From sequence record DRR723986_5034: a DNA stretch of 55,458 nucleotides; one strand, given 5' to 3'. Positions 41,991 to 51,772 of the stretch are shown here, one piece after another (position 1 is the stretch's first letter; each line of letters opens with the position of its first letter). The position numbers and the translations under genes are program-made. Under the pieces are notes generated by a model. The model worked only from the letters and a program-made list of their open reading frames with translations. It did no database searches and was not told the DNA's origin.

Positions 41991-43334
41991 CTAAGCCTTC
42001 AACCCTGCGCCTAGTCCGATCATCAAGTCGGCGAAGCCTGGAAAACTGGTTTGTATCGGGCTGGCGTCATCAATGGTGATGGGCGCGTCTGCCATTTGAC
42101 CGAGCACTGCAAAGCTCATGGCAATTCGGTGATCTAAGTTGGCATTAACATTGCCGTCACCCAGCACTTTACCGCCCACGCCGGTTACAACCAAACCATC
42201 CGGTAACTCTTCAACCTGCACGCCGTTAGCCGCAAGCCCATCAGCCATGGCATGAAGCCGGTCTGATTCTTTCACCCGCAGCTCCTCGAGTCCCGTAAAG
42301 CGGCTGGTGCCACTTGCCACCGCCGCGGCGCAGAATAGAACGGGAAACTCATCAATCATGGTCGACGGGTCTACCGCCAATTCGGTTACTGCCTTCAGGG
42401 GGGTCGCACGCACCCGCAATGTACCCACCGGCTCGCCGCCCAGGGTTGATTCGTCCATAACTGAAATATCTGCGCCCATTTGGGATAAAGCGCCAACGAT
42501 ACCCGTACGCAGCGGATTAAGGCCCACATTGCTGATTGTAACATCTGAGCCAGGCACCATCGTCGCCGCTGCCAGCAGGAAAGCAGCGGAAGAAATATCG
42601 CCAGGCACATCAATGGTGATAGGAGACAGTTCTGGCTGGCCTTCGATACTGATTACCCTGGTGCCGTCTTCGTCAGTTACCCTGATATCAGCGCCCATGG
42701 CTTGAAGCATGCGCTCGCTATGGTCCCGAGTCGCGACCTTTTCACGCACAATTGTGCGGCCCGGCGTATTCAGACCAGCCAGCAATACTGCAGATTTAAC
42801 CTGTGCACTGGCCATCGGCGGTGTGTAGTCCAGCCGCAGTGGCTGAGATGTGCCTTTGATGGTTAAAGGCAAAAAACGATCATCCCGAGCACTAAACTCA
42901 GCGCCAAATTCACTGAGTGGGCCCATCACCCGGCCCATTGGCCGTGACCGCAGAGAGGCGTCTCCGGTCATGGTCACCGTGACATCATGGCTTGCCATAA
43001 GGCCCAAAAGCAACCGCGCTGACGTGCCGGAATTACCCATATTGATGACATCATCAGGGCTCATGAGCCCGCCAACGCCAACGCCATAAACCTCATAGTG
43101 GCCTTCACCCAGCCGGTTTATGGTGGCTCCCATTGCGCGCATGGCAGCAGCGGTTGCAAGCACATCTTCACCTTCCAGAAGCCCGCGCACTTCGGACCGC
43201 CCAACCGCCAAGGCGGACAGCATTAAAGCCCGGTGCGATATGGATTTATCGCCTGGTACATTTACCACGCCTGCTAGCGCAGAATTTGGGCTTGAAATCA
43301 GTTTCGGCACAATGAAGTTTCCGCTTTGTGGCAT
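41991..43334 (-). CDS. aroA: EPSP synthase
   Basis: PGDKSISHRA, GNSGTSARL, SAQVKSA, RDHSERM, ELRVKESDR, DHRIAMSF; start may be GTG 43310. Confidence 0.98.
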   Translation of the reverse strand: MPQSGNFIVPKLISSPNSALAGVVNVPGDKSISHRALMLSALAVGRSEVRGLLEGEDVLATAAAMRAMGATINRLGEGHYEVYGVGVGGLMSPDDVINMGNSGTSARLLLGLMASHDVTVTMTGDASLRSRPMGRVMGPLSEFGAEFSARDDRFLPLTIKGTSQPLRLDYTPPMASAQVKSAVLLAGLNTPGRTIVREKVATRDHSERMLQAMGADIRVTDEDGTRVISIEGQPELSPITIDVPGDISSAAFLLAAATMVPGSDVTISNVGLNPLRTGIVGALSQMGADISVMDESTLGGEPVGTLRVRATPLKAVTELAVDPSTMIDEFPVLFCAAAVASGTSRFTGLEELRVKESDRLHAMADGLAANGVQVEELPDGLVVTGVGGKVLGDGNVNANLDHRIAMSFAVLGQMADAPITIDDASPIQTSFPGFADLMIGLGAGLKA

Positions 43335-43430
43335 TTGTTAACAGTAAAGCTTTGACAGGCGCGTGCGATCATGGCAAGTGAAGCGCCGAATTCTTTGCTG
43401 CAAACCGCATTAAATTGCAAGGAGATTAGC

Positions 43431-43739
43431 GTGGCAAATCCTAAATGGGGTACAAAGCAGACCTGCCCAAAGTGCGGCGAACGCTTTTATGATCTTGGTA
43501 AAGAAAACCCAACTGTGTGCATCGCATGTGCTCATGAGTGGGTTCCTGAACCAATTTTGAAAACTAAACAGCCCATCGTGGCTCAAAAAGAAGCTGATAC
43601 CGAAGAAGCTGATGAGAATGAAGACGATGACGACATCGATCTGGACGACGATGATGATGCCGTTGTAAGCCTCGACGATGACGACGATGATGATGTCGCC
43701 GCTATTGTTGACACGTCTTTGACAGACAAAGAAGAATAA
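43431..43739 (+). CDS. TIGR02300 / FYDLN-acid family protein
   Basis: GGAG RBS then GTG; WGTK..CPKCGERFYDL...CIAC Zn ribbon and Asp-rich tail; divergent from aroA. Confidence 0.88.
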   Translation: MANPKWGTKQTCPKCGERFYDLGKENPTVCIACAHEWVPEPILKTKQPIVAQKEADTEEADENEDDDDIDLDDDDDAVVSLDDDDDDDVAAIVDTSLTDKEE

Positions 43740-43836
43740 AAAAAACCTGTTGGGCCGCCCTCGCTGCCCGGCACTGGCCGCCTCAAATATGGCCACTTAA
43801 CCTTAAATGTGAAGGTTAAAAAATACCCAGAATAGT

Positions 43837-43912
43837 GGGGCCGTAGCTCAGCTGGGAGAGCGCTACACTGGCAGTGTAGAGGTCAGGGGTTCGAGCCCCC
43901 TCGGCTCCACCA
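43837..43912 (+). tRNA. tRNA-Ala (GGC)
   Basis: 76-nt cloverleaf; G3:U70 pair; anticodon arm CTACA-CTGGCAG-TGTAG; GGTTCGA T-loop; encoded CCA. Confidence 0.98.
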
Positions 43913-43926
43913 ATTCACCCCCTAAT

Positions 43927-44613
43927 CTAATCGTCGTTCCCATCCGTTGAGCGCTTGCCTTTCAGCCTAACAGTGTGTTCCTTTATACTATTCGCCCCCC
44001 TGTTGGTAACAGCCGTTAGCTGCTCCCACAGCGAATCACCATGTATGCTGATCAGTTTAATGGCCGCCATATAGCCAACATACGTTGCCAGCAACCAAAT
44101 CCAGCCATTGCCGATATCAACATATTTCGGCAAAGAGACGAACCAGGCGAAGGCCAGGCCGATATTCACGAAGGAATTGATGATGAAGCTGATGATCAGC
44201 CCAAATCCCAAATTCACAAACCACTCGCCCGGTGAAAATACCACACGTAGAAAATCTAGAATCTCGCCAACTTCGATTACGAAATAAGCAAACAGCGCCA
44301 TTGTGCCGTAGTAGCCGCCGCCGAAAAACATCACTTTATTATGCAACAGGTCGCGGCCCATATCTTTGTGGAACAATGGTTTTTTGGGTTCAGCTAGAAC
44401 CGGTTCCTCACCCGCTTCTCTTCGTCTTTTTGCTTCTTCTTTAGCGGCTTTTTTGCTGGCACGGTGGTCTTTAAACTGTTTTTCCAGATCTTTGCTGTCT
44501 TTAAACCGACCAAGCCGACCCGACACAATAGACCATTGCACAATTAAAAAAGTAAAAGCCGCCACTGGCAGGCTGGCGAACAAAAGTGCCCTGATAATAT
44601 CGCCGATGACCAT
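43927..44613 (-). CDS. Hypothetical membrane protein
   Basis: About 4 hydrophobic segments, a charged loop, FFGGGYYG motif. Confidence 0.75.
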   Translation of the reverse strand: MVIGDIIRALLFASLPVAAFTFLIVQWSIVSGRLGRFKDSKDLEKQFKDHRASKKAAKEEAKRRREAGEEPVLAEPKKPLFHKDMGRDLLHNKVMFFGGGYYGTMALFAYFVIEVGEILDFLRVVFSPGEWFVNLGFGLIISFIINSFVNIGLAFAWFVSLPKYVDIGNGWIWLLATYVGYMAAIKLISIHGDSLWEQLTAVTNRGANSIKEHTVRLKGKRSTDGNDD

Positions 44614-44822
44614 GCTACTGTCCTCTAATCCGCTAAACCAAAGTCACTAATGACATACTCTTTATAAGGTCACGGCATCAAACAGTTTCAAGCTATGCGA
44701 TCATTCAGCCGCCTATATGATGACGGGCAATTGCATAAATGCCGCGTTTGCCGTTTAATGCGCGGAATAGCTTTAGCACGGCGCCTATATCATGCCGAAG
44801 CTTCACAATCGGGGGACACAGG

Positions 44823-47800
44823 ATGACATTTCTTTCAACATTTACCGGCAAGTCAGGCCGCCTCATCGCAGCCATTGCTGTCTTTCTAACATCAGCCAGC
44901 AGCGCTTATGCCGCCGACAAAAAGAAACCAAGCCTAGCCTTGGAAGGCTCAACCGAAAAGCTGAGCTTTGAAACCGACGAAGGCACATGGATGTCGCTGG
45001 ACGTTACCCCGGACGGCCAGCAGATCATTTTTGAGCTCTTAGGCGATATCTATGAAATGCCGATCGCGGGTGGCGCGGCAACGCGCATCACCGAAGGCAT
45101 GGGGTATGACAGCATGCCGCGCGTCTCACCCGACGGCAAATGGATCACTTTCATCAGTGACCGCGACGGCGACGACAACCTGTGGGTTACCAAGCGCGAT
45201 GGGACCAAGGCCCGCAAACTATCCGGTGAAAAATATGCCCGCATGGTTGCCCCCGCATGGTCGCCGGACAGCCAGTATGTCGCCTTAACTGTTGGTGGGC
45301 GCAAAACCGCTATCAAAATGTATCATGTGAACGGCGGCAGCGGCCTGACCATCGCCAGCGATGACAAAACCAACCCGGCCAACGGGGTCGGCGTGGCCTT
45401 TTCGCCCGACGGCAGATATATTTATTATACCGCAAGACCAAATGGTCGCGGTATGCCTGCTGGCCAAATTGCCCGCTTTGACCGCACCACCGGTGAAATT
45501 GACAGCATCAGCCAAGGCGAAGGCGGCGGCGTGAAACCGCTGGTGTCTCCCGACGGAAAAACCCTCGTTTATCTATCGCGCAAGGAAACCAAAACTGGCA
45601 TCCGCGTGCGTGATCTGGAAAGCGGCGCAGACCGCATGATCGCCTGGCCCATCCAGCGCGACGCACAGGAAATTGGTCGCCTGCCCAGCCGCGATTATTA
45701 CCCCAGTTATGCTTTCACGCCCGACAGCAGCGCGCTTATTCTGAACACCGGCGGCAAGATCGAGCGTATCAGCTTGGCGGACGGTAGCCGTGCGGTTATC
45801 CCCTTCAGCGCCACCGTTGACCTGGACATTGGCCCTGACCTCACCTCGCCCTACAGAGTTGAGCAAGGCGACTTCACCGCCCACATCATCCATGACCCGA
45901 TTCATTCGCCGGACGGCAGCAAGGTGGCTGCATCTATCCTGACCAAAATCTATATTACCGACAACGAAGCGGGCGCCGAGCCCAAGCGGCTAACCGAAGG
46001 CGACGCCTGGGAGTTTAAGCCCGTTTGGTCCCCCGATGGTCGCTGGATTGCCTATGTTACATGGTCGATGGACGACGGCGGGCATATCTGGAAAATCCGT
46101 TCCAACGGGCGCGGCAGGCCCCAGCAGCTTACCGAGCATGCCGCTTTTTATACTGACCCTGTTTGGTCACCAGACGGCGAAAAAATCGTTGCCATGCGCG
46201 GCAACGAATATCAGCGCCACCAAACCTTCAGTGAATTTACCGGCCTCGGTATTCCTCTTGATCTGGTCTGGCTAGACGCGAGCGGCGGCGACACCACCCT
46301 GATCGCCTCGGCCAACGGTGCGCGCACCCCGCATTTCAGCGCAGACCCATCGCGCATTTATCTTTACTCAGGCGAAGCGCTCATTTCACTTCGGTTTGAC
46401 GGCAGTGACAAGCGCGAGCACTTGAAAGTGGAACTACCGCGCGGCAACCGCACCCGCGGTGACAGGGCACCAACGGCTGAAGACGTGCGCATCAGCCCAG
46501 ATGGCAAACACGCCCTTGCTTTTGGCATCAAGCAGCTTTGGGCAATGCCCATCCCACAAATCGGCGCGGAAACTCCGAAGGTTTCTGCGCGCGGCGGCAG
46601 TGTGCCCACTGTTCAACTTACCACCATTGGGGCCGACAGCTTTGGCTGGGCCGACGGCGGCGAAACCGTTACCTGGGCGATTGGCAACACAGTTTACAGC
46701 CGCCCCTTTGACAGCATCAAGTTTCTCAAGGAAGACGACGATAAAGATAAAGATGATACCGAGGAAAGCGACGCCAAAGAGGAAGAGGATGCAGAAAAGG
46801 CCGACGAAAAAGCCGAAAAGAAATCCGAATTTTTGGAAGATAATGAGGCTGTCTCAAGCCTGAAAATTGCACTTACTGTGCCGCGTGACACGCCTGAAGG
46901 CAGCATCATTCTGTCCGGTGCCAATGTCATCACAATGGCGGGGGCCACCACCGCAGACATGGCAACCGTGCTTGAAAACCAAGACATTCTGGTAAACAAC
47001 AACCGCATTATTGCCATTGGGACAAAAGGTACACTGGACGCACCAGAGGACGCCACCACCGTTGATGTCAGCGGCAAATTTATCATCCCCGGTTTCATCG
47101 ATACCCACGCACACTGGGAGTTTAGAACCGGCGACGTGCTGGAGCCGCAAAACTGGAGCCTTGTGGCCAATCTGGCCTACGGCGTCACCGCCGGACTGGA
47201 CGTACAAACCGCCTATAAAGACTATTTCGCTTACCGCGACATGGTTGAAACCGGCCAGTCACTGGGCCAGCGCGCCTTCATGACCGGCCCCGGTATTTTC
47301 GGCGTTAATGACTTCCAGTCCTACGATGCGGTGCTTGGGTATCTGAAGCGCTATTCAGACCATTATAAAACCAAAAACATCAAATCCTACATCGCCGGCA
47401 ACCGCAAACAACGCCACTGGGTGGTGAAGGCGTCAAAGGAACTGGGCCTGATGCCCACAACCGAAGGCGCCGGTGACATGCGCCTTGATATCACCCATGC
47501 CATCGACGGCATGCACGGCAACGAGCACACACTCACCATCGCGCCCATGTACCGCGACGTGATCGAGCTTTATGCCAAAACACAGACCGCCTACACCCCC
47601 ACGCTGGTGGTGCAATATAACGGCATCAGCATGACCAATTATTTCTTCACTCGTATGGAAGTGCATGACGATGTAAAGCTGAACCGTTTTTACCCGCACA
47701 ACCGGCTGGACGAAATGACCCGCAGGCGCGGCGGTTGGGCGCGCGACGACGAATTTTCTGTGAACCAGATCGCATCAGCAGCCGCTGACCTTCAGCGGGC

Positions 47801-48152
47801 TGGCGGCCTTGTCGGTGTCGGCGGCCACGGCGAACTGCAGGGCCTTGGCTACCACTGGGAAATGTGGGCGTTGGCCATGGGCGGTATGACACCGCCCGAG
47901 ATTTTGCGCGCTGCCACCATTGACGGCGCCAAGATCATCGGCATTGCGGAAGATCTTGGCTCCATTGCGCCCGGCAAGCTGGCTGATATGGTTATCCTTG
48001 ATGCCAACCCGCTCGCCAACATCCGCAACACCAACACGGTGTCACAAGTGATGAAAAACGGCGCACTTTATGACGGCGATACGCTGACCCAAACATGGCC
48101 CACACGCAAGGAAATGGCACCCTTCTGGTGGTGGGACGAGGATAGGCATTAG
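44823..48152 (+). CDS. Exported TolB/PD40 beta-propeller + amidohydrolase fusion protein
   Basis: Signal peptide; many SPDG repeats; IPGFIDTHAH; LGSIAPGKLADMVIL; ATG 44823 chosen. Confidence 0.9.
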   Translation: MTFLSTFTGKSGRLIAAIAVFLTSASSAYAADKKKPSLALEGSTEKLSFETDEGTWMSLDVTPDGQQIIFELLGDIYEMPIAGGAATRITEGMGYDSMPRVSPDGKWITFISDRDGDDNLWVTKRDGTKARKLSGEKYARMVAPAWSPDSQYVALTVGGRKTAIKMYHVNGGSGLTIASDDKTNPANGVGVAFSPDGRYIYYTARPNGRGMPAGQIARFDRTTGEIDSISQGEGGGVKPLVSPDGKTLVYLSRKETKTGIRVRDLESGADRMIAWPIQRDAQEIGRLPSRDYYPSYAFTPDSSALILNTGGKIERISLADGSRAVIPFSATVDLDIGPDLTSPYRVEQGDFTAHIIHDPIHSPDGSKVAASILTKIYITDNEAGAEPKRLTEGDAWEFKPVWSPDGRWIAYVTWSMDDGGHIWKIRSNGRGRPQQLTEHAAFYTDPVWSPDGEKIVAMRGNEYQRHQTFSEFTGLGIPLDLVWLDASGGDTTLIASANGARTPHFSADPSRIYLYSGEALISLRFDGSDKREHLKVELPRGNRTRGDRAPTAEDVRISPDGKHALAFGIKQLWAMPIPQIGAETPKVSARGGSVPTVQLTTIGADSFGWADGGETVTWAIGNTVYSRPFDSIKFLKEDDDKDKDDTEESDAKEEEDAEKADEKAEKKSEFLEDNEAVSSLKIALTVPRDTPEGSIILSGANVITMAGATTADMATVLENQDILVNNNRIIAIGTKGTLDAPEDATTVDVSGKFIIPGFIDTHAHWEFRTGDVLEPQNWSLVANLAYGVTAGLDVQTAYKDYFAYRDMVETGQSLGQRAFMTGPGIFGVNDFQSYDAVLGYLKRYSDHYKTKNIKSYIAGNRKQRHWVVKASKELGLMPTTEGAGDMRLDITHAIDGMHGNEHTLTIAPMYRDVIELYAKTQTAYTPTLVVQYNGISMTNYFFTRMEVHDDVKLNRFYPHNRLDEMTRRRGGWARDDEFSVNQIASAAADLQRAGGLVGVGGHGELQGLGYHWEMWALAMGGMTPPEILRAATIDGAKIIGIAEDLGSIAPGKLADMVILDANPLANIRNTNTVSQVMKNGALYDGDTLTQTWPTRKEMAPFWWWDEDRH

Positions 48153-48175
48153 CGGGGTCGTCAGCGGAGTATGAC

Positions 48176-48559
48176 ATGTTGAAAAAAATCCTACTTTCAC
48201 TAGTTATCTTTATAGCTGCAATAAATACGGTTATTGCCTTTTATGACTACATTTGGCCCTTAATTGACTCACACGGCGTTATAAAAGCTGGCGAATATAG
48301 GGGTTTACTCATTGGCGACCGCAAAAGAGATATCATTCTCAAAACCACGTTTTATCGCACCAATCTAAAAATTAGTGCCTACAGTGGATTAAATGGTGAA
48401 ACGGTTTCAGTGTTTAGTGAAAACCAATCACTTCATCTATTGGACTCAGATAAGTGGGCTCTATCATACCCCAGCATTCATCGGGAGACGGTACACTTGT
48501 CCTTTCAGGATGACCGCCTGTATGAAATTCGCTATGTCCGAGATATGTTTGCGCCGTAG
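48176..48559 (+). CDS. Hypothetical membrane-anchored protein
   Basis: GGAG RBS; N-terminal hydrophobic helix; AT-rich. Confidence 0.65.
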   Translation: MLKKILLSLVIFIAAINTVIAFYDYIWPLIDSHGVIKAGEYRGLLIGDRKRDIILKTTFYRTNLKISAYSGLNGETVSVFSENQSLHLLDSDKWALSYPSIHRETVHLSFQDDRLYEIRYVRDMFAP

Positions 48560-48634
48560 CCAGTCTTTATCTGTATTGGTATCTGGGGACAGTATATAGT
48601 ATAACACCAGAATTAACTGACCGTTAGGCAGGCC

Positions 48635-49030
48635 ATGGCAAGAGAAGACACCATAAGTATTTTGCGGGGTCTGGAAATTGAACTCCATCAATTCTCAACT
48701 CGCAGTAACCCCGAACGCCTTGATGAATTGCTTCATGTTTCCTTTGTTGAATTTGGCCGTTCCGGAAAGAGCTACGATAAAGCCGAAATAATTGAACTCC
48801 TATCGACAGAGGCAGAAGACGGCCCAGCCCCTTGGTCACAAGATTACTCATTATCAGAGTTGACCGAGAACTTGGCGCAGATAACTTACAGGTCCGCCCA
48901 CATTAATGATGCCGGGGAGCTTTCTCGGCATACGCTGCGGTCATCCCTTTGGCAAAAAGTTGGTGGCAATTGGCAAATACGCTTCCACCAGGGAACACCA
49001 ACCAAATCCTTTGTCAAAACTACCAGATAA
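48635..49030 (+). CDS. DUF4440 / NTF2-like protein
   Basis: LDELLH.SFVEFGRSG, LRSSLW, WQIRFHQGT. Confidence 0.85.
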   Translation: MAREDTISILRGLEIELHQFSTRSNPERLDELLHVSFVEFGRSGKSYDKAEIIELLSTEAEDGPAPWSQDYSLSELTENLAQITYRSAHINDAGELSRHTLRSSLWQKVGGNWQIRFHQGTPTKSFVKTTR

Positions 49031-49042
49031 AACATAAACCTT

Positions 49043-50224
49043 TTATCCGTGAATAAGCGCGAGCTGGGCGCGGAGGGTATCTTCCAGCTTGAACCGGTCC
49101 AAAATCGTCTGGCGGGCATTTTTGCCAAGCTTCAAGCATAATTTTTGGTCGTCCAGTGCTTTAATCATTCGCTCGCCAATCGCAGAAATATTGTCGGGGT
49201 CAACCAGCAAGCCGTTTATACAGTCCTCAATAACCTCGCGCACCGGGGCATTGTCACTGGCCAGCACCGGCACACCCACACTCATGGCGTTTAGCACCGA
49301 CCATGACAGTACAAAAGGCGTGGATAGATACACATGCAAATTTGATATCTGCAGCATTTTGACAAAGCCTTTTTCAGGCAATAGGCCCACAAAGTGGGTG
49401 CGGGCCGGGTCATAATTCACATGTTGCTCAGCCCATGCCTTCAGGCCTTTTTTGCCGCGACCGCCGGGGTCATAACAAATGCGGTCTTTAGCCGCGATGA
49501 TCACATGGCAATTAGGTCGTTTTTTCTGCACGCTTGCGATGGCTTGCATAAATTGCGGAAAGCCTCGCGATTTTTCCATGCCGCGCGCGGCATAGGTGAT
49601 GACTTCCGTTTTTTGGTCGAAAGTTAGGTCGCCATATATCAATCGGGCGTCAGGAGCGTTGCTGTACAAGTTGGTATCAATGCCTTCATGACAAACCTCA
49701 ATAGCGGGCTGCCAGCGTTTGGGGAATTGGCTTTTTTGAAACGCCGTAGGGGCGTATGCAGCGTCAGCTTGCTCAAAATCGCGAGCAATAACAGCATTTA
49801 CGGCACTATTGCTTGCGCATTGCTGGTAAAAAGCGTGGGCATCTTTCACTGAGCTCACCGGCGGGTCGTTATAGTACCACTCCAGAAATGTGGTCATGCG
49901 CGCATTGGGGAATAGCTCCCTAACAAAGTAAGAAGCGCCGTTTGATGCGTGCGTGACAACACAGTCAGGTTGCCAACCCTCATCAGCCACTGGCTTTAAT
50001 TTTGTATAGAGGTCATACCCGAGCGCGCTGGCTGCATGCGATGCGTTCACTGGTGCGCTGCCTTGTTCTGTAGGCACATCATAAACAATCTGTTTAATCG
50101 GCAAATCAAGGGTTGAGCCTTTGCGGCTGGCCGCGACGATCTCGTTGCCACCCGCTCGGTAAAGGTGCCGGAACAAGTGGATAAACTGGCCCGGGAAGGC
50201 ATCATGGATGAACAGGTATCGCAT
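49043..50224 (-). CDS. Glycosyltransferase family 4
   Basis: LFIH..FPGQF.HL, PT.FQKSQFP, HEGIDT, RGME..RGF, HVYLSTPFVLSWS, AMS.G.PVLASD. Confidence 0.9.
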   Translation of the reverse strand: MRYLFIHDAFPGQFIHLFRHLYRAGGNEIVAASRKGSTLDLPIKQIVYDVPTEQGSAPVNASHAASALGYDLYTKLKPVADEGWQPDCVVTHASNGASYFVRELFPNARMTTFLEWYYNDPPVSSVKDAHAFYQQCASNSAVNAVIARDFEQADAAYAPTAFQKSQFPKRWQPAIEVCHEGIDTNLYSNAPDARLIYGDLTFDQKTEVITYAARGMEKSRGFPQFMQAIASVQKKRPNCHVIIAAKDRICYDPGGRGKKGLKAWAEQHVNYDPARTHFVGLLPEKGFVKMLQISNLHVYLSTPFVLSWSVLNAMSVGVPVLASDNAPVREVIEDCINGLLVDPDNISAIGERMIKALDDQKLCLKLGKNARQTILDRFKLEDTLRAQLALIHG

Positions 50225-50426
50225 GAGCGTAACTTAGAAAGCCCGTGCCCCAATGTCCATGCGGATATTGATAAAAGATGCGTCAAATTATCCGAAAATT
50301 GAGGCCAGTCCTTAAACAGTTTTTCACGGGCTTCCCTTACCTTGAGTCGTTCAGGCAACACGGCGCGGGGAGAAAACCAGCGCCCAATCATGCGCCAAAT
50401 TATTAGGCGGGCAGTGGAGATCAGGC

Positions 50427-51152
50427 ATGCGTATTATCGCCGTTACGTCGCAAAAAGGCGGCTCAGGAAAAACAACCATAACCGGTCACTTGGCAGTGGA
50501 GGCCGCACGCCAAACCGGCGAGCCGGTCGCCCTGGTCGACACCGACCCGCAGGGCAGCTTGTCCGATTGGTGGAACGAACGCGAGGCAGACCAACCCGCC
50601 TTTGCCCGTGCTACTTTGGCAACACTCGATGCAGATCTCGCCGCTTTGCGTGAAGAAGGTTTTCGCACTGTGTTTATTGATACGCCGCCTGCAATCACTG
50701 GTGCCATACAGGTGGTGGTGCAAAAGTCAGACCTTATCATTATTCCCACCCGACCAAGCCCGCATGACCTGCGCGCCGCAGGCAAAACCGTGGAACTGGT
50801 AGAGCGGGCCGGCAAGCCGCTTGTGTTTGTAGTGAACGGCGCCACCGCCCGCGCGCGCCTAACCGGCGAGGCAGCCATTGCCCTGTCACAGCACGGCACC
50901 GTGGCACCAACCATTCTCCATAACCGACAAGATTTTGCCGCCAGCATGATTGATGGCCGCACGGTGATGGAAGCCAACCCCAGTGGCAAGTCAGCCAGCG
51001 AAGTGGCGACACTGTGGCTTTACATTAACGAGCGCATTAAACGCCTGCCGGTGAAGGCACAGTTTAAAAGCCTGCAAGCGCCCCGGGCCGAGTTTGGCAA
51101 CCGGCCGCATGTGGCGGCGAACACTACGAGCGAGCAAAGCCCGGCGCTCTAA
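50427..51152 (+). CDS. Orphan ParA-family ATPase
   Basis: Deviant Walker A QKGGSGKTT, DTDPQGS, IDTPP, IPTRPS.HDL; no N-terminal HTH; GGAG RBS. Confidence 0.95.
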   Translation: MRIIAVTSQKGGSGKTTITGHLAVEAARQTGEPVALVDTDPQGSLSDWWNEREADQPAFARATLATLDADLAALREEGFRTVFIDTPPAITGAIQVVVQKSDLIIIPTRPSPHDLRAAGKTVELVERAGKPLVFVVNGATARARLTGEAAIALSQHGTVAPTILHNRQDFAASMIDGRTVMEANPSGKSASEVATLWLYINERIKRLPVKAQFKSLQAPRAEFGNRPHVAANTTSEQSPAL

Positions 51153-51212
51153 GCCTATGGAATCCTCAACCAAACACCCAGCCCATAAAACAAACGATGA
51201 CGGGAGACCCCC

Positions 51213-51584
51213 ATGGCAATGGCCTCATTAAATGCCTCACTTTTAGCACCCAAAGGCGGCGCGCAACCCGCCGCCCGCGCACCAACAATGGCCCCAAGTC
51301 CCACTGCGCGGTATGCAGCCATTGGTCAAATATCAAACGGCAGCACCGCAAAACAAAACAACGGCAAATCCTTGCGGCAAGTAAGACCGGAGAAACTAAT
51401 TGAAGGGAAACAGCAGGAAAAAAAGACTAAAAAAAAGTCGCTGCGGTTAAGCGCCAGGATGGACAAAGACCTGAGGTTGCTGGCGGTACGAAACGGCCTG
51501 AGCCAGCAAGCGCTTCTGGAGCAAGCGGTGAGCGACTACCTGGATCGGGCTTATGCGGAAGGTGATTGCATTTGCCGTCGCTAA
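51213..51584 (+). CDS. Small basic protein with predicted C-terminal ribbon-helix-helix (ParG-like architecture)
   Basis: GGGAG RBS; flexible N-terminus; KKSLRLS beta-strand then helices ARMDKDLRLLAVRNG and SQQALLEQAVSDYL. Confidence 0.7.
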   Translation: MAMASLNASLLAPKGGAQPAARAPTMAPSPTARYAAIGQISNGSTAKQNNGKSLRQVRPEKLIEGKQQEKKTKKKSLRLSARMDKDLRLLAVRNGLSQQALLEQAVSDYLDRAYAEGDCICRR

Positions 51585-51685
51585 TACGACTACGAAAGGC
51601 CCTAGAAACTATTACCTCCCAACCCGGACACTGACTGATTATGCCTATTTTTAAGACTTTGGCACACAGCGGACTATGGCTGGGG

Positions 51686-51772
51686 CGAAACTCTCCTTAA
51701 GGGCGCATAAGCGTTTTTATTAGGGAGTTTCGTGCGCGCGGAAGCCGATATCGGTTGGACGGTTTCCGCGCG
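51686..51772 (+). other. Tandem stem-loops (structured 3' UTR, terminator or sRNA candidate)
   Basis: CGAAACTC...GAGTTTCG hairpin (51686-51732) and CGCGCGGAAGCCG...CGGTTTCCGCGCG hairpin (51735-51772). Confidence 0.5.

Noticed and set aside
43600-43700. GAC/GAT trinucleotide-like repeats
   Set aside because: Explained by the Asp-rich tail of the TIGR02300 protein
43913-50224. Intact genomic island or prophage at tRNA-Ala
   Set aside because: No integrase, attR duplication or phage genes seen
50427-51584. Integrated plasmid, or canonical parAB/minD/mipZ locus
   Set aside because: No rep, relaxase, parB or minCE; flanked by ordinary chromosomal genes
51582-51591. TAATACGACT resembling the T7 promoter
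   Set aside because: Only the first 10 nt match, it includes the stop codon of the RHH gene, and there is no phage or vector context
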